Origin: Lama glama
Lineage: Eukaryota
Length of the DNA: 64,000 nt
Reading direction: 5' to 3'
Assembly: GCA_028534125.1 (NCBI GenBank)
Contig: CM052816.1
Location: forward strand, 2,108,001 to 2,172,000
Shown here piece after piece: positions 24,507 to 36,730 of this stretch; position 1 is the first letter of the stretch; each line of letters starts with the position of its first letter. The translations under genes and the position numbers were made by a program. The notes below the pieces were generated by a model that was not told the origin of the DNA, did no database searches, and saw only the letters and a list, made by a program, of their open reading frames with translations.

Positions 24507-26849
24507 GTCTGACGCCTTCACTTCATGCTCAAGGTAAGTGGCGTTCAGTGACTTGCAAACGGTCACCACGCTGGTTAGTGGCAGAACCACCCTGGAAAAC
24601 TTTGGTTGTTGGTTTCTCAGCTCCAGGTGCTTTGTCTTATGCCAGGGTTTCCTGGCAAACATCACTCTCATACCCCTTCCGTGGCTCTTACCCTATCCTC
24701 GTACCATCTCTACTTAAAAAAAAAAACAAACAAACTTTATTTGCATCAACTGTTCAAAATTGCACTCATTTGAAAAGGAGACTTTACATGCTGCAGTAAG
24801 TGGTGGTTCAGTCTCACCTGCAGTGAATGGGTGGTAACCAAGGAACACGTGCAAGGAAAGGAAGCAGCGTTGGGTTGGCGTAGTTGAATGGCGTAGCCTG
24901 CTGGCGGCTCTGCTAAACGTGGACGTTGGCAAGCGTTAGGTGTTCAAGAAATGCTAGCCCCAAACGGAGACTATCTCACTGACTTCAGAACAATAAAGAG
25001 AACATTGAAAAGGGACAGACTTCCTCACTCTGTGATTCGGTGTTATTTGATGCTCATGGACCCACAGCACTAAAATCGTCCTGAATACGTGATTCGTGCT
25101 GCTTTCTTGGCCTTAAAGAGATGATGCTGGTACCTGTAAGAAAAACACTCTTAAGAAAGGTCAAGTATGCACAAAATAGAAAAACGAAGTTTAAACTCCG
25201 GTCATCAGACAAGAGACTTGAGTAAGCCTAGGAGAATACGAGGTAGAAACCTAAAGGAATCGTGGACAGAACCAGAGAAACACATTCTCAAGCCAGGTGA
25301 GCATATTAACAGTTGTGATTTTTGGCTACCGTGGGTGTCTTATCGTTCAGCACACTTTGGAGGCACTGGTCTCCACTAAAGCGGCAAGCTGAATTGAGAG
25401 GTGCCCCAGGCCCTAACGGGTTCCTTTGGAGATCTGACTCCTTCTTTTGGGATTCCAAGTTTGACTTGGACTTTTATGAGATTCGTTGGAAATCAGCTAC
25501 TAACTAAAGTGGCTCAAATATCATCACAGTAATCAGCAGTTTAGTTCTGGTTTTTTTTGTTACTGAATTTCCATTTGAAGAGAGAGTTCTGACTTCATTT
25601 GATCACACACCCAGAGTTGCAGGTTGAGAGCCCGCCCAGACCGAGTGCTGAGATGCTCTCAGGTATTATGGAAGTGACCTATCCGAGGCTTGGAACCTAT
25701 TGATTCCAGGCTTGGGTTGAGCTCATTACCTCTGGTTCGGTCACCACCTCCTCCCTCCACCGCCCCCCCCACCTGCCCACGTGATCGCCTGCTCTTTCCA
25801 ACCTGAAATATTTGCTTCTTACTCCCTTTGATTTCCCGAAGACGTTAGAGCCGATAGGGAGCCTTAGTTGTGCGGTCAATACTCTTTGATACATTTACCT
25901 AAATGGCGTGTTCTTCTCCGTGTCATTGCATCCACGCAATAATTAAATGTACCTTCAAACAGTATTGAAGGTAGGTAGTCTTGGAGCTTACTGCTTAATC
26001 AGTTCAGGTTTGTCCTGCAGTTTCCCATCACTGTGCAATCAATAGCACCCTAGAGAACATTCCACCAACACTGGAAAAAGGATGCCTCCCGCGTCCACCG
26101 GTGGATGCGGTGGAGCTCAGATCATGTTGTAAATTAGTCGTGTTGGAAATGTCGAGTCAGTCATACTTTCAGAGAGCTTGCTGAGTGAACGTACCTCTTC
26201 TTCAAAACGACTTATATACACAAAAAAAACCCCTACCTGCTTCCTTGGGGTCCATTGTTCCTTCCTTCTTTCATGTTTTCAGGTTACTAAGAATTTCAAC
26301 CGAATGAAAGGTAGGGTTTTTTCCAAGGCTTGCTGCCCAAGGGAACCCTTGTGCTATTTTACCACCTTCTGGGCCATCACAGTAATTTGGCTGAAATGAA
26401 AAGCTGGTATTTTCCTGACAGGAGCTCTGTCACGGGGCGGAGGAGTCCAGGGCCTCCGTGATGTTTATCCAGGGTCTCTTAGATGAAGTGTGGGCGACGG
26501 GTCCTATGAAGGCGGCTCTGCTTCATAAGGTGACCAGGCAGTGTTTCTGAGCACTTGTGGTGGTGAATTTCCTTCCAGGGCAATTCTGGTTAAACCAAGA
26601 GCTTCATACATAGGATGCTGTGTAGAAGCTTTTCAGACCCCAGGATCTATCTTTCCCCTTGAACACCAGCTGGATTATACTCCCCCAGCCAAGGGGTCAT
26701 GGCTCTTTTATTAAATTGCTTTTAGCTAGGGAGGAGTTTTCAAAAAGAGCCAGCTGGATTTGTGATAGGAGAATTGCCAGTATGGCAAAAATAATTAGAA
26801 TGTGAATGCCTTGTCAACAGGAACTTTTGTTTGGTTATTGAACCTTTTT

Positions 26850-27030
26850 TTCCAACAAATATTTATCGAGTATCTGCAGTGTGTCAGGCACTATGCTGGG
26901 AACTGGAGACATAGCAGTAAATCAGGCAGGCCCAGTGATGGTCCTCAGGCAGCTTAATCTTGCATCCTCATTGCCTACTACAGTGTCTGACATACAAGGA
27001 GTGGTCCCTCAGCAAATGATTGCTAACTTG
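26850..27030. mobile_element. L2 terminal fragments
   Basis: ccaacaaatatttatcgagtatctgcagtgtgtcaggcactatgctgggaactggagacatagcagtaaatcag (antisense), then cctactacagtgtctgacataca (sense). Confidence 0.7.
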
Positions 27031-28985
27031 AGTAGAAAGTGTGCCCAAGTGCATCCTCTCCATCTGTGTTCTAATGCTTTGCTCAGTCTGCTTCTTTGAG
27101 CCTTACTATGCAAGTAGTGCTATTAGTAACAACTGTAGCAGCTAATATTTATTTTAATAAATGTCGTGATTTGCATTCATTAGTTCCTTGTCTCAGGGCA
27201 CTTACCTGTTTGAGGATTTCTAAAGACATTTCTCTGCTTGTTCCAAAACCTATCTACCCTTTATCACAGAGTTTCAATTAGTCTGTGTTTTGGTCTAGGC
27301 TGCTGGTAGCTTATTTTGAATCCTCGCCCCCAAGCCATAAATTGACAATGAAATCCCATGCGGGCCGCTCATGTTAGGTGCATAGTAGGCCCTCAGATAC
27401 GTTCTGGTTGAGTGAATTGATGTAATTTTAAATGATGTAATCAGGAGCCTAAAGGAGATAAATCTTGAATCAAGTACCTGAGTAATTTACAATAATGAGG
27501 TCATTATTCAATCCTGTTTTGCTATAAATGTCTGGTGAACACCCCACCCCTTTGAGATTCTAGTAACAGTGTTTTGATGAAATATTTAAAACAAAACAAT
27601 CGCAATTTCTCTAAGTCCATCAGTGCAGTTCTGCAAAGTGAACTTAGCTTCTGGCACTATTTTGCTAGGAGTTTAAGGATTACATCACATGTACAACAGC
27701 AACATAAAACCTTTAAAAAACACAGAACTCAGAGTACTTGAATGTTTATAAAGTATTTTCAAATTAATTTTTAATGAGTTTTAATATTTTAATATTGTGC
27801 TGGATTTTAAGTAAGAAAGTTGTTCTCATATTAGATGGTGGTGTACAATATTACTTCATGGGATAACGTTTAATTAAAATACATTAATTTATGTATTTGT
27901 TTATTAGCTTTATCCCTAAAGCAGAAAGAACCTCTGCATGATTTTATGAAAAATGTAAATGAGGATTCTGGCATCACTAATAAAGTTAAATTAGCATAGG
28001 TAAAAATAAAAATGTACGCTTTCACTTTTGTAACTTTATAAAATAGAACTTTAAGATGTTGATTTGACATGTAGTAAAGATCACTTTTCAGTGAAAAGAT
28101 TAAACTCCCATGAAAACAACGTTCTATTTTTCTAATTTCCTTTCGGCTTTATTAGGTTTTACCTGATTTGTTCTTGTCTCAAAACATTTTCCCTTTTTTC
28201 TGTAATTGCAGGAGTCATTTTGATGCAAGGATATTGTAGTAAGACTTTTTTTTTTTTTTTAAACATTTGGAAATAGTTAACTACCCTCACTCAATACGAT
28301 CCACTTTGAGTATTGATGTAACAAATGAGAAACACCTTATTGAATAGCGTATGTTCTTTGCTGATTTTGCTTCCCCCTAACTTAGGTTTTTATGCTCCTC
28401 AAGATTGGGGCCTGGTTTTTGTGAACTTCTGCTGCGGTTTTGACATCCTTCATATTTTAGAAAGAAGAAATTTTATTATAGCCATAACCTAATTATTTTG
28501 GAACTTACTAGCTTATTTTTCCTTTTAAAAAAATTGTTTAAATCTCTTGATACAGACAAGGAGAAAAAAAAAATACGAGACGGAATGGCAAAGCCCAGTT
28601 TTTCTGAGTTTTATTTGAATGTTTTAGGTACCAGCACACGAACACGTATTGTTTTTACTGTCCTGGGTGCCATGGGTATACCTTCAGGAGCATCACATTT
28701 CCAGCAGCAGAGAAAACAGATTTCGAAATACATTAGTATGGGAACAGCCCTGAGATATTTTCTCCCCATTCTTCCTTTGTTAGTTATTTACATTCACACT
28801 TCTTCACTTTACTCCATTCCTTAGTAAACAGCTTGCAGGGGGGTTGATGTTTGTTAATGAACTGTCAATAAACACATGTTCTCCCCGACTTCTTAAAAAA
28901 GACTGTTTTGGGGGTGAGCGTGCGGGTTTCCAAGTCCTGTTCACGCCGCCGTGGAGACAGGGAAGGCGTCTTGGCTGAGGCCCCG

Positions 28986-29020
28986 GCCTGGGAGCCTGGG
29001 AGCCTGGGAGCCTGGGAGCC
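28986..29020. repeat. 8-bp tandem repeat (GCCTGGGA)x4.4 in a CpG-rich patch
   Basis: gcctggga gcctggga gcctggga gcctggga gcc, read directly. Confidence 0.95.
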
Positions 29021-29859
29021 GGGCGCGGCTTGGCGTCACGTGGTGGGAGCGCAGCCTTTGTGCGGGGAGAGCCGCAGGTTTTGATGGAGAGCGTGCTGGC
29101 AGTCGAGGAAGAAGTCGGGAAGTGTTTGGAAACAGGGCTGCTAGCGTTCCCAACAAAGCTGGAGAAGTCTCTCCAAAGAACAAAAGGCAAACACGCACTC
29201 AGAAGGAGGACTTTTATCTCTGTTGACATCAGAGTGAGTCAGAGGCTGACCCATGTTTGGAGAGAGAGGGCAAATGATAACATCTTTGTCCGGGGAAATG
29301 GGGGCCACTCATCTTCTTTTCTTTCTCCTGTTCGTAGTCTCGCTTTGGCTCCTCTTTCCTCTCAATAGCTAAAATCTCCTCTGAAGTGTCTAATGAAGTC
29401 CTTATGACTATAAAATTCCAGCAGAGAGGAACCTCAGACTTTTGGAAAAATAACACTTCCTTGTCCACCGTGGTCCACCCCAGTGACTTGTGGGCACAGG
29501 GAAGAGAAGGATGCTGCAGCCGAGGCTGGAGGCGGTGGAGAGCCCAGGAGGGTGCCCTTCCATTGCTGGCACAGTCCTCCACTCCAAATTAAACGCAAGA
29601 AACTTAGACCAGCCTTTAAAGAAAACTGTTTATAATTTCATTAGTATTATTACTGCCCTCTATTCATTTTGAAATAAATTGTCCCAAGAGCAACAATTCT
29701 GGAAATTTGTGCTTTGGGAAAAAAAAAAAGATGTTGAATTTCCCAGTATCCTTGTCTGGTGTTTTTTTTTTTTTTTCCTTAAAATTTTCATGCATTGTTA
29801 GGGAAGAAAAGTGTAGTCTAACTCACAAATGCATCCTTATTCTCATGTATATTTGATAC

Positions 29860-30110
29860 CGGCCCCAGTCTAATCTGATAAAGTGCACTTTGCCTGTGGT
29901 GTCTTACAATAAGCTGGCTGCATTAGTGCCGGGAAAAATCAATACCGATTTATAATTTACCATCGAAAAAACCTATCACTTTTTATGACCCTCCATCCTG
30001 GCTCATTAATATTACATTAAAACACACACACCCACTGCAACAGGGGGAAATTGTAGCTTGTCAGGTTTACAGCCATAAAAAAAACCTTTAATTGGGCTTA
30101 GTTTGGGAAT
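29860..30110. promoter_or_regulatory. Candidate enhancer-like block with posterior-HOX/CDX, PBX and MEIS motifs
   Basis: AAATCAAT, GATTTAT, TTTTATGAC (29981-29989), CATTAAT, TGTCA (30059-30063), GCCATAAAA (30072-30080) and TTTAATT within unique sequence. Confidence 0.45.
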
Positions 30111-31049
30111 TCAGGCACAGATTTTTGTTTATTTGCTTTTCTTTTTTATATATGATATTTACCTGGGTGGGTGTTAAGATGAAGCATAATATACCTATGT
30201 TTCTGAAAAGAAGAAAAGCACATTGCAGAGATTCTGAAATACACTAGCACCTAGCTCTCGGAATATACATTTTAATCACACCTAATGCTATATCTTTCCC
30301 TGTTTTTATTGTGGTCTCCAAACCCTTCTCACTCGTTTTTTGCTTTTTGTGTGAGTGTGGGATTTCTGTCTCTGGGTGGTAGCTTTCCAGCTGACGGCAT
30401 TTCTCTTATCTTTTTGGCTTGTCATAGTTGATATTTATTTCCCCTCCTCTCCTCAGATCACGAAAAAGCTAAATGCCATCTTTTGCATTGTCTGTCTCCC
30501 AAAGAAAGGATGCATATTTGATATTTCTCCCATACTGAGTGGAGAATATTACACTGACCCTGCTTGGAAACTGAGCGATTCTCTGAGGGCAGCAGAGAAC
30601 TACAGAGAGAGTGTGTGTGTGTGTGTCCTCAATTCTTTCACCTTACAGAAACCCCTAAAGAGAAATTAAACAATACTCTTGCCTTAACCAAGTCTAGTAA
30701 GCAGCTTTGCCCTCATGTGTTTTTAGACTTAAAAGTCTTATATCTAAATTCTTTCCAGATAATGTCAAAAAAAAATGATGTCACTGTTTATGTTGGCAGC
30801 CACAAGGTGCTCTATTTATTTCATACTATTCAAATAGTTTCCAGGGAATTTTTCCTGTTAATATCATGAAGAACCAGCCTCAGCCCACGGCTCGCTCCTT
30901 CTCCCTCACTGCCTCAAAGGGTAAGGTCTCCCCGCCTCTGACCCCCTTCCCCCAAAAGAGGTAAAATCAAAGTGCAAAGCAGAGCCAAATAAATAAATAC
31001 ATAAGGGGAAGGGGAAATTCAGTGTGTTCTCAAGTGTGCAGCAGCTCCA

Positions 31050-31355
31050 CACCATGCAGCACATACATGTCGTGATTGGGTTTTTCAAAGACGTCCGCCT
31101 CGCCCCTGACTGACAGGGCCTATTGATTTTTTAGGTTTCTGCCGTCATCGGTTTCCAGCCTCACAGCGGCCGCGTGTCGGGGGTCAGGGCGCACCGGGGC
31201 GCAGTGAGCCAGCCCTCGCCACTTCCCAAAGTGAAGGGCCGCTGAAAGAAAATCAATCATGTCATAAGTGAGAAGCATCAAAAATTTTCCCCCTGTATGG
31301 CCGAGACCCATCAGCCTGTCTCCACTCAGTAGCTAAGGTTAGGCACCTGTCAAGT
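31050..31355. promoter_or_regulatory. Candidate TALE (PBX/PREP/MEIS) enhancer-like block
   Basis: TGATTGG (~31072-31078), TGACTGACAG (31107-31116), ATTGATTT, ATCAATCA directly followed by TGTCA (31252-31264) and CTGTCA (31348-31353), with a CpG-rich core. Confidence 0.5.
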
Positions 31356-33789
31356 CAGACTAGGTGAAAAGTATTGGAAATGCCAGTTAACCCGTGGGTA
31401 GACCGTGGGGGTGAGATGCTGCCTCTTCCCTTTGTCTGACCATCCCTGGATGACAAGGTTGGGCGTTCTTACTTAATTTTGGAGCTGGGCATCATCCATT
31501 TTCCAACCCTTTCGCCTCGGTGTCTGTCCTCTCTGCCCCCTCTTCCCCACGGCGGGGCGGCTTGGAGCCTGCTACCCTGTTTACTTAAAAACTGGTGAAG
31601 AGTCATAATGGATGCTTTCCCTCAGCAGCCCGCTGGGAGGGCAGCGCCGTGGCGTTTTTACCAAGTCACAGAGTGTATTTCCCCAAACGAAGCAGATTTT
31701 CTCCACCCGACTCATATCCAGCTTTGGAAATGCACGTTACATGGATAAGTTTAATTGTAAAATTAATTGTGCACATCACATGGTAGAAATTTTTATTTAA
31801 CCACCGTGCCGATGCTTCTGAACTAAGACATTAAATTTTCATCCTGTTCAACTAATTGGGAGAAAATATATTTTCACTTAGAGAAATGATCAGGAGAATG
31901 CCATTCATTTAAAAACACCTTTTAATGTTTCTTACATTCCTAATCTATAGAATTTGATGGTACACTTTGGAGAAAGAAACACTATTAAGCGTCTAGCTTG
32001 GAGAAACCCTTTTACGTGTCCCTTCTAATTCTGCATTTGGTAATTGGCTAGAATGTGATGATAGGTGCCTTTTAAGAAATAAATTATAGATGATGTATTC
32101 TGTGGGAAAATGCTAGGGTTTGACTCAGATTTTAGATTGCATTGGTTTTAATCAATCTAGTTAAAATGAATAGTTTTGTTTGCTTGTCTGTTTGGCTGGA
32201 CAGGAAGGGAGGGTGGGGGAACCAGCTGCTGTCAGGCTGGCTTCCCTTCATGCTTTCCGTCCACTCAGAGCCTCTCTTTTCAGGCTTGTCTCTGTTGGTT
32301 GACACTGGTTCCATGATAGTCGCTGTCAATTTGAGACCAGTTTCAGAGCTTCTTGAGAAGAGCTTCTTACTGGAAAATCTGCAGGAGGAGTTTGTTTGGG
32401 TGGAGGGGCAGATTCTAAGATCTCCTCCTCTGCTTGAGATGACCACCCAAGGAGCATTAGAACCCGAAAATGGATTGAATGGAGGGCTGTGTTGTAACTT
32501 TCCAGCCCTAAATTGACATTCACTGCCTGAACCAAGATGTATACTCACTAATAAATATTTTAGCTCTCTATGCTTCAGTGATTACGCTAGCCATTCCATA
32601 CAGATAAAAAGACAAAATGTTTCTTTAATCAGTACTGTGATGTGAGACCGTTAAGGTAATAGTGCTTGAAACTATTAGAATCTTGAAGATATTGACTGGC
32701 TTGCTTTTGGCATGGCAATTACAATTACATTTTTGGCTTACATTTTATGGGTTTATACTAGTTATTCTAACATAAAAGAAATGTGCTGTTCAGAATTTTA
32801 ACAGAGGGGAGAATGATCTTGGGTTGAAATCCTCAGCAGTCCGGGCATCAGGGGCTGCTAATATACGATCTAATTGTGATCAATACTTTCTTTTCAAGTT
32901 TCTGCAATGACGAGGCCTTTGCAATAAAAACACTACCATCTTTTTGAAATCCGCAGAATGATAAATGGCCCAGGCCAATGTGGTGGGGGGAAAGTGTAGT
33001 GTATTTTACATTCCCAGTGATTTATTATGGGTTTGAGAACAGAGCTGGTGTGAAATCAAGCTCAGGGAAAAAGGAGGAAAAGTACCCGACAAAGAAATCC
33101 ATTCTGCCTAGAATGCTAGGTTTAAGTCCCGTTCCCACTGGTGAGAGCTGAGTACCCTCAATCACGGGGCTTAGGAGCCCTTGAGCATTTAGATTCCTTT
33201 TGTTATGTTGCAGGAAAGGGAACGAAGCCAGCACAATGAACCAGCACTTCGCTGTGTACGAATGGCTAGGTCAGCCTAACTCACGTGTTACATAAAAAGG
33301 ACCAATTTGGTTCTGTCTGGACAGTAAATGAAAGCTCAGCTTTGAAGGTACTCTTCGCCGGGGCTGTTTGCTTTCGGAGACAGTATATTGGGCAGGCTGT
33401 GGAGGCAGGCTATCTCAGGTGTAGAAGGGAAGCCTCGTTGCATTAACTATCAGGGACTGACCTTCCTTTGGTGTAAAGCCGAGTCCGGTCATCCCTGACC
33501 TCGTTTTGCCTGGATGGGGGGTGCACCGCTGACCTAATCAAACCCTGCTAGCCCTTCAGACCTGACAGGTGAGGTTTTTGAGGAAGCCCAGTAGAGATTT
33601 ATGAACTCTATAATAGAAAAAAGTGAGCAATGTGTCACCGAGAGCCCCCTGCCCGCCCCCACCCCAGTTGTTTGTATCCCATAGTGTTTCTCACGTGGTT
33701 CTGGCTAAGTTTCTCTGTCATTCCAGTTCTGACTTCTCTTTGTAGGTTACCTGTGCGATTTTGCTTCAGGCCAGCACTTCATATATAAT

Positions 33790-33900
33790 ATCACCGATGT
33801 CCTTCAACCTTCCTTCCTTTTCTTTTTGCTCTCTTTTTCTCCCCTTATGCTTTTATTCCATTCCCCCATCTCTCTCTCTCTCTCTCTTTTTTTTTCCTTA
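33790..33900. repeat. Polypyrimidine tract with (CT)n and poly-T
   Basis: ccttccttccttttctttttgctctctttttct...tctctctctctctctctttttttttcc. Confidence 0.8.
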
Positions 33901-35378
33901 CAAAAACCAAAACTCTTTTGTTAAAAAGAATTGAAAAAAAATGCAGGCACTATATAGCATTCACAACTTTGGGAGTGACCCAGGGTACTTTCTGTCATTC
34001 ACCAGAGTTTGGCATCTCTTAAGAAAATTTCCAGGGTAGCACTGGAGTGAAGGCACTTTTTCCTACTAACCGGAGAGCGCCCCATTTTCCTGCCTTAGTA
34101 CACACAGCACACAGTAAGCACTAAGTGCAAGGGCTCAGGGATCGTCATCAAATGTGGGTTTTCTTTGGTCTGGATTGTGGAAGGGGATGCAGAAGGTGTA
34201 GGAGACTAGGTTTTTTTTATGTGTGATTATTAACCACCTCTTTTCTCCTGAATCAGGCTTGAGATGAAAAGGATAAAAAGTGTTTTCTCCTCAGATACCC
34301 GATTCATCCTATCACATTTCCCACAGTGACTTTCTCCACCGAGGTCTTAATGCACTCCTCTTAGAACGTCTCATCAGTGACCAGAGCTGATGGGGTCTTT
34401 GAACATTAGACAGTACCCATTAGTCAGGGTCCCCAGGCTCACATCTTCTGGATGGCATTGTCCTCTAAGTGTGCCATTAGCTAGTATAATGGACTGGTGT
34501 CTGTCAGCCTTTGGGGCAGGACAGAGAGGAGCATCCAAGAATGGGCTGTGTTTTTTCCCTCTAACCTGGAAACATGTTCCCAGCAACATTTGTAGCCCTT
34601 GAGAAACAATAAATGTTAATGGCTTAGTGAAGTCTTTATGCTCTCCCAGGTCAGAAATCTTTCTTTTTTCCCCCTTAAAGACTCAAATATGGATTTACAA
34701 AATACTCTTCAGAACCATTATAGTCTTTTGGGTAAATAGTTTTCATTTGAAAACAGTTTTATATTACACAGATTTTAAAAAGTGTTCTAAATATGTATAT
34801 TTACGATTGATCATGACAGCTCCTTAAAGAGCCATTATTGCCTATCAGGGAGATAATGTGTGTGTGTATTCAAGAAATTGTCTGCAAAAAAAAAACCATC
34901 TCAAAGCTGTGTATATTTCCAATGAGGATTTTTTTTCTTACCAATAAACTTGGGAAACTTATGCAAAACAACTGAAATTTAGACAGATCATCAAAGTGAG
35001 ACAGTTCAGAACTGAGAATTTTTGAAATGCCTCTCAAATGGCAATTGAGAAACTCCAGGACATGAAAGATCAGAACTGCTGGTGACTCTTACTTGAGACT
35101 GTGAACGTAGGTTACCAAAGATTTGGGTGATTTGCAAGACTTCCTTTGTCAAGCCTGCGTGCTTTTGAACGTCAAAAGACAAGGCATTGATTTTGTTGAG
35201 GAGGGTGGTCTCTGATTCATAGATTGTCACCTAATCACAGAGGGCTTGAAATCAGTCAGAAAAGAATAACTACTTGTTTGTTTCTTCAGACTTTTATTGA
35301 ATATCTCACTGAGCTAGGGATTAGGGATGTAAAGAGAATAAGCTACATTTATGACCCAGGGGAGCATGTAGACCTGTA

Positions 35379-35420
35379 GACACATTCAGGATGGTGAATT
35401 TGACACATTCAGGATGGTGA
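35379..35420. repeat. 19-bp direct repeat with 23-bp period
   Basis: gacacattcaggatggtga at 35379-35397 and 35402-35420. Confidence 0.95.
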
Positions 35421-35714
35421 GGCATGAGTGGAAATCGGAGCTCATGCAGAGGGCGTCAGAAGAAAGAAGGGGGTTGCAGTTCTTCAGAGTCAGGTGTCTG
35501 CAGGTTTCCTCAGGGTGCAGTGGGCGCCAATAATTGAGGGTGCTGGGTCAGGTGGGGTGAGATGGCGACAGTCAAAAGGTGACGCTGTGTGTGATGACAC
35601 TCAACAATGACCACGGTTGCTCCTCCTCCTCCTGTTAAGAATTGTTAGACTTTCAGCAGAGCACTGAGCTAAGAATAGTGTGTGAATCAATGTCTACTTC
35701 AGAGGGCAAATGTG

Positions 35715-36730
35715 TACTTCATTCAACCAATAAATAGAATTGCATGCCTCCTGTGTGCTGGTAACTTTAGGTATCATGATAATAGATGGGGTCCCATTCT
35801 TGGGTTCAGTGAGTGGGACTGAGAGGCCTGGGGTTCAGTCATGAATTGAAAAAAATGTGACACAGATGAGAAGTCTGTAATGTGATCAGTTCATAAAAGA
35901 GAGGGCACCAAATATTTGGTTGATTTGCTGGGCCTGCCTAGTGGGGGTAGAAGAGTGTGTGTGAGGCGGTTCGACCTGGGTAGGGAGGCCGGGGAAATGC
36001 TTGAGAAGGTGATGAAAGAGGAAGGAGGGTTTAGCAGATAAAAGGGCTGGGAGCGGAGTGGCAGGGTGCAGAATATTCTGGAGATGGGAGGGGAGAGGGA
36101 AAGAAAAGGATGGTGGGAGGAGACATGGAAGACAGGGTAGGAATAATATCCCTCCTCTCTTCCTTTCCTCTCCTCCTTCACTCTTTTGCTCTTTCAACAC
36201 ACATTTCTTGAGTGTCTCCCAGGATCCAGCACTGGGCCGGGCACTGGGCATTCAGCATGGAGGGAAGAGTGAGCGAGCAGCCCTTCCCGCTTGGAGTCCA
36301 CACCGTAGCTGGGGTGAGACAGACCGTAAACGAGTGAAATGCGTAGGACGTCAGATGGGGACGCGTTCTACCGAGGGAGATAGTTCAGGAAATGGGGAAG
36401 GGCAGCATTTGCGGTGAGGTTAGGATTGTTGTTTGACCTACAGTAGCCTGATGGATATGTTGGTAATTGAGCGAAGACCTGAAGGGGCAGAGGGGGTGAG
36501 ACTAGCCAGAGGAAGGGAAGCCAGGACAGATCAGCCCCTGAGAGAAGCGTGCGCCTGTCTGGTTTGAGGAAGAGCCAGGGGGACAGTGGGGCTTGAATAG
36601 CACGCGCTCGGGGGAGGGCAGCAGGTGATGTCCGAGGCAGAATGGGGCCCCTTAGGAGGCCTGTGGGCCTATAAAGGTCTTGGGCCTCTGCTCTGCGTGA
36701 GATGGGAAGCCGCTGGAGGTAGAGGACTAA
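35715..36730 (-). mobile_element. L2 fragments (at least two pieces)
   Basis: ttcattcaaccaataaatagaattgcatgcctcctgtgtgctgg; ttcaacacacatttcttgagtgtctcccaggatccagcactgggcc; ttgagcgaagacctgaagg; tgagatgggaagccgctggagg. Confidence 0.75.

Noticed and set aside
25950..25973. Hairpin taccttcaa-acagta-ttgaaggta (and cttacact-tgt-agtgtaag at 41014-41032)
   Set aside because: The 8-9 bp stems are expected by chance and are far too short for a pre-miRNA.
26089..26110. 22-bp near-perfect palindrome ccgcgtccacc/ggtggatgcgg
   Set aside because: It has 11-bp arms with one mismatch; a rough estimate is about 0.5 such cases expected by chance in 64 kb. No supporting context.
28986..29020. Short direct-repeat arrays as CRISPR-like structure (also 35379-35420 and 42039-42060)
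   Set aside because: No unique spacers of regular length and no cas genes, in a mammalian context; these are simple tandem duplications.
30163..30202. 40-nt minus-strand exon-like segment (cttttcttcttttcag ... CAG|gtaaat)
   Set aside because: Unrecognised peptide, frameshifting length, opposite to the inferred host strand, and no further support.
33721..33800. Strong-looking acceptor ttctgacttctctttgtag at 33745 (similar ones near 38492 and 43714)
   Set aside because: No convincing paired donor or recognisable peptide; isolated acceptor-like sequences are frequent in T-rich introns.
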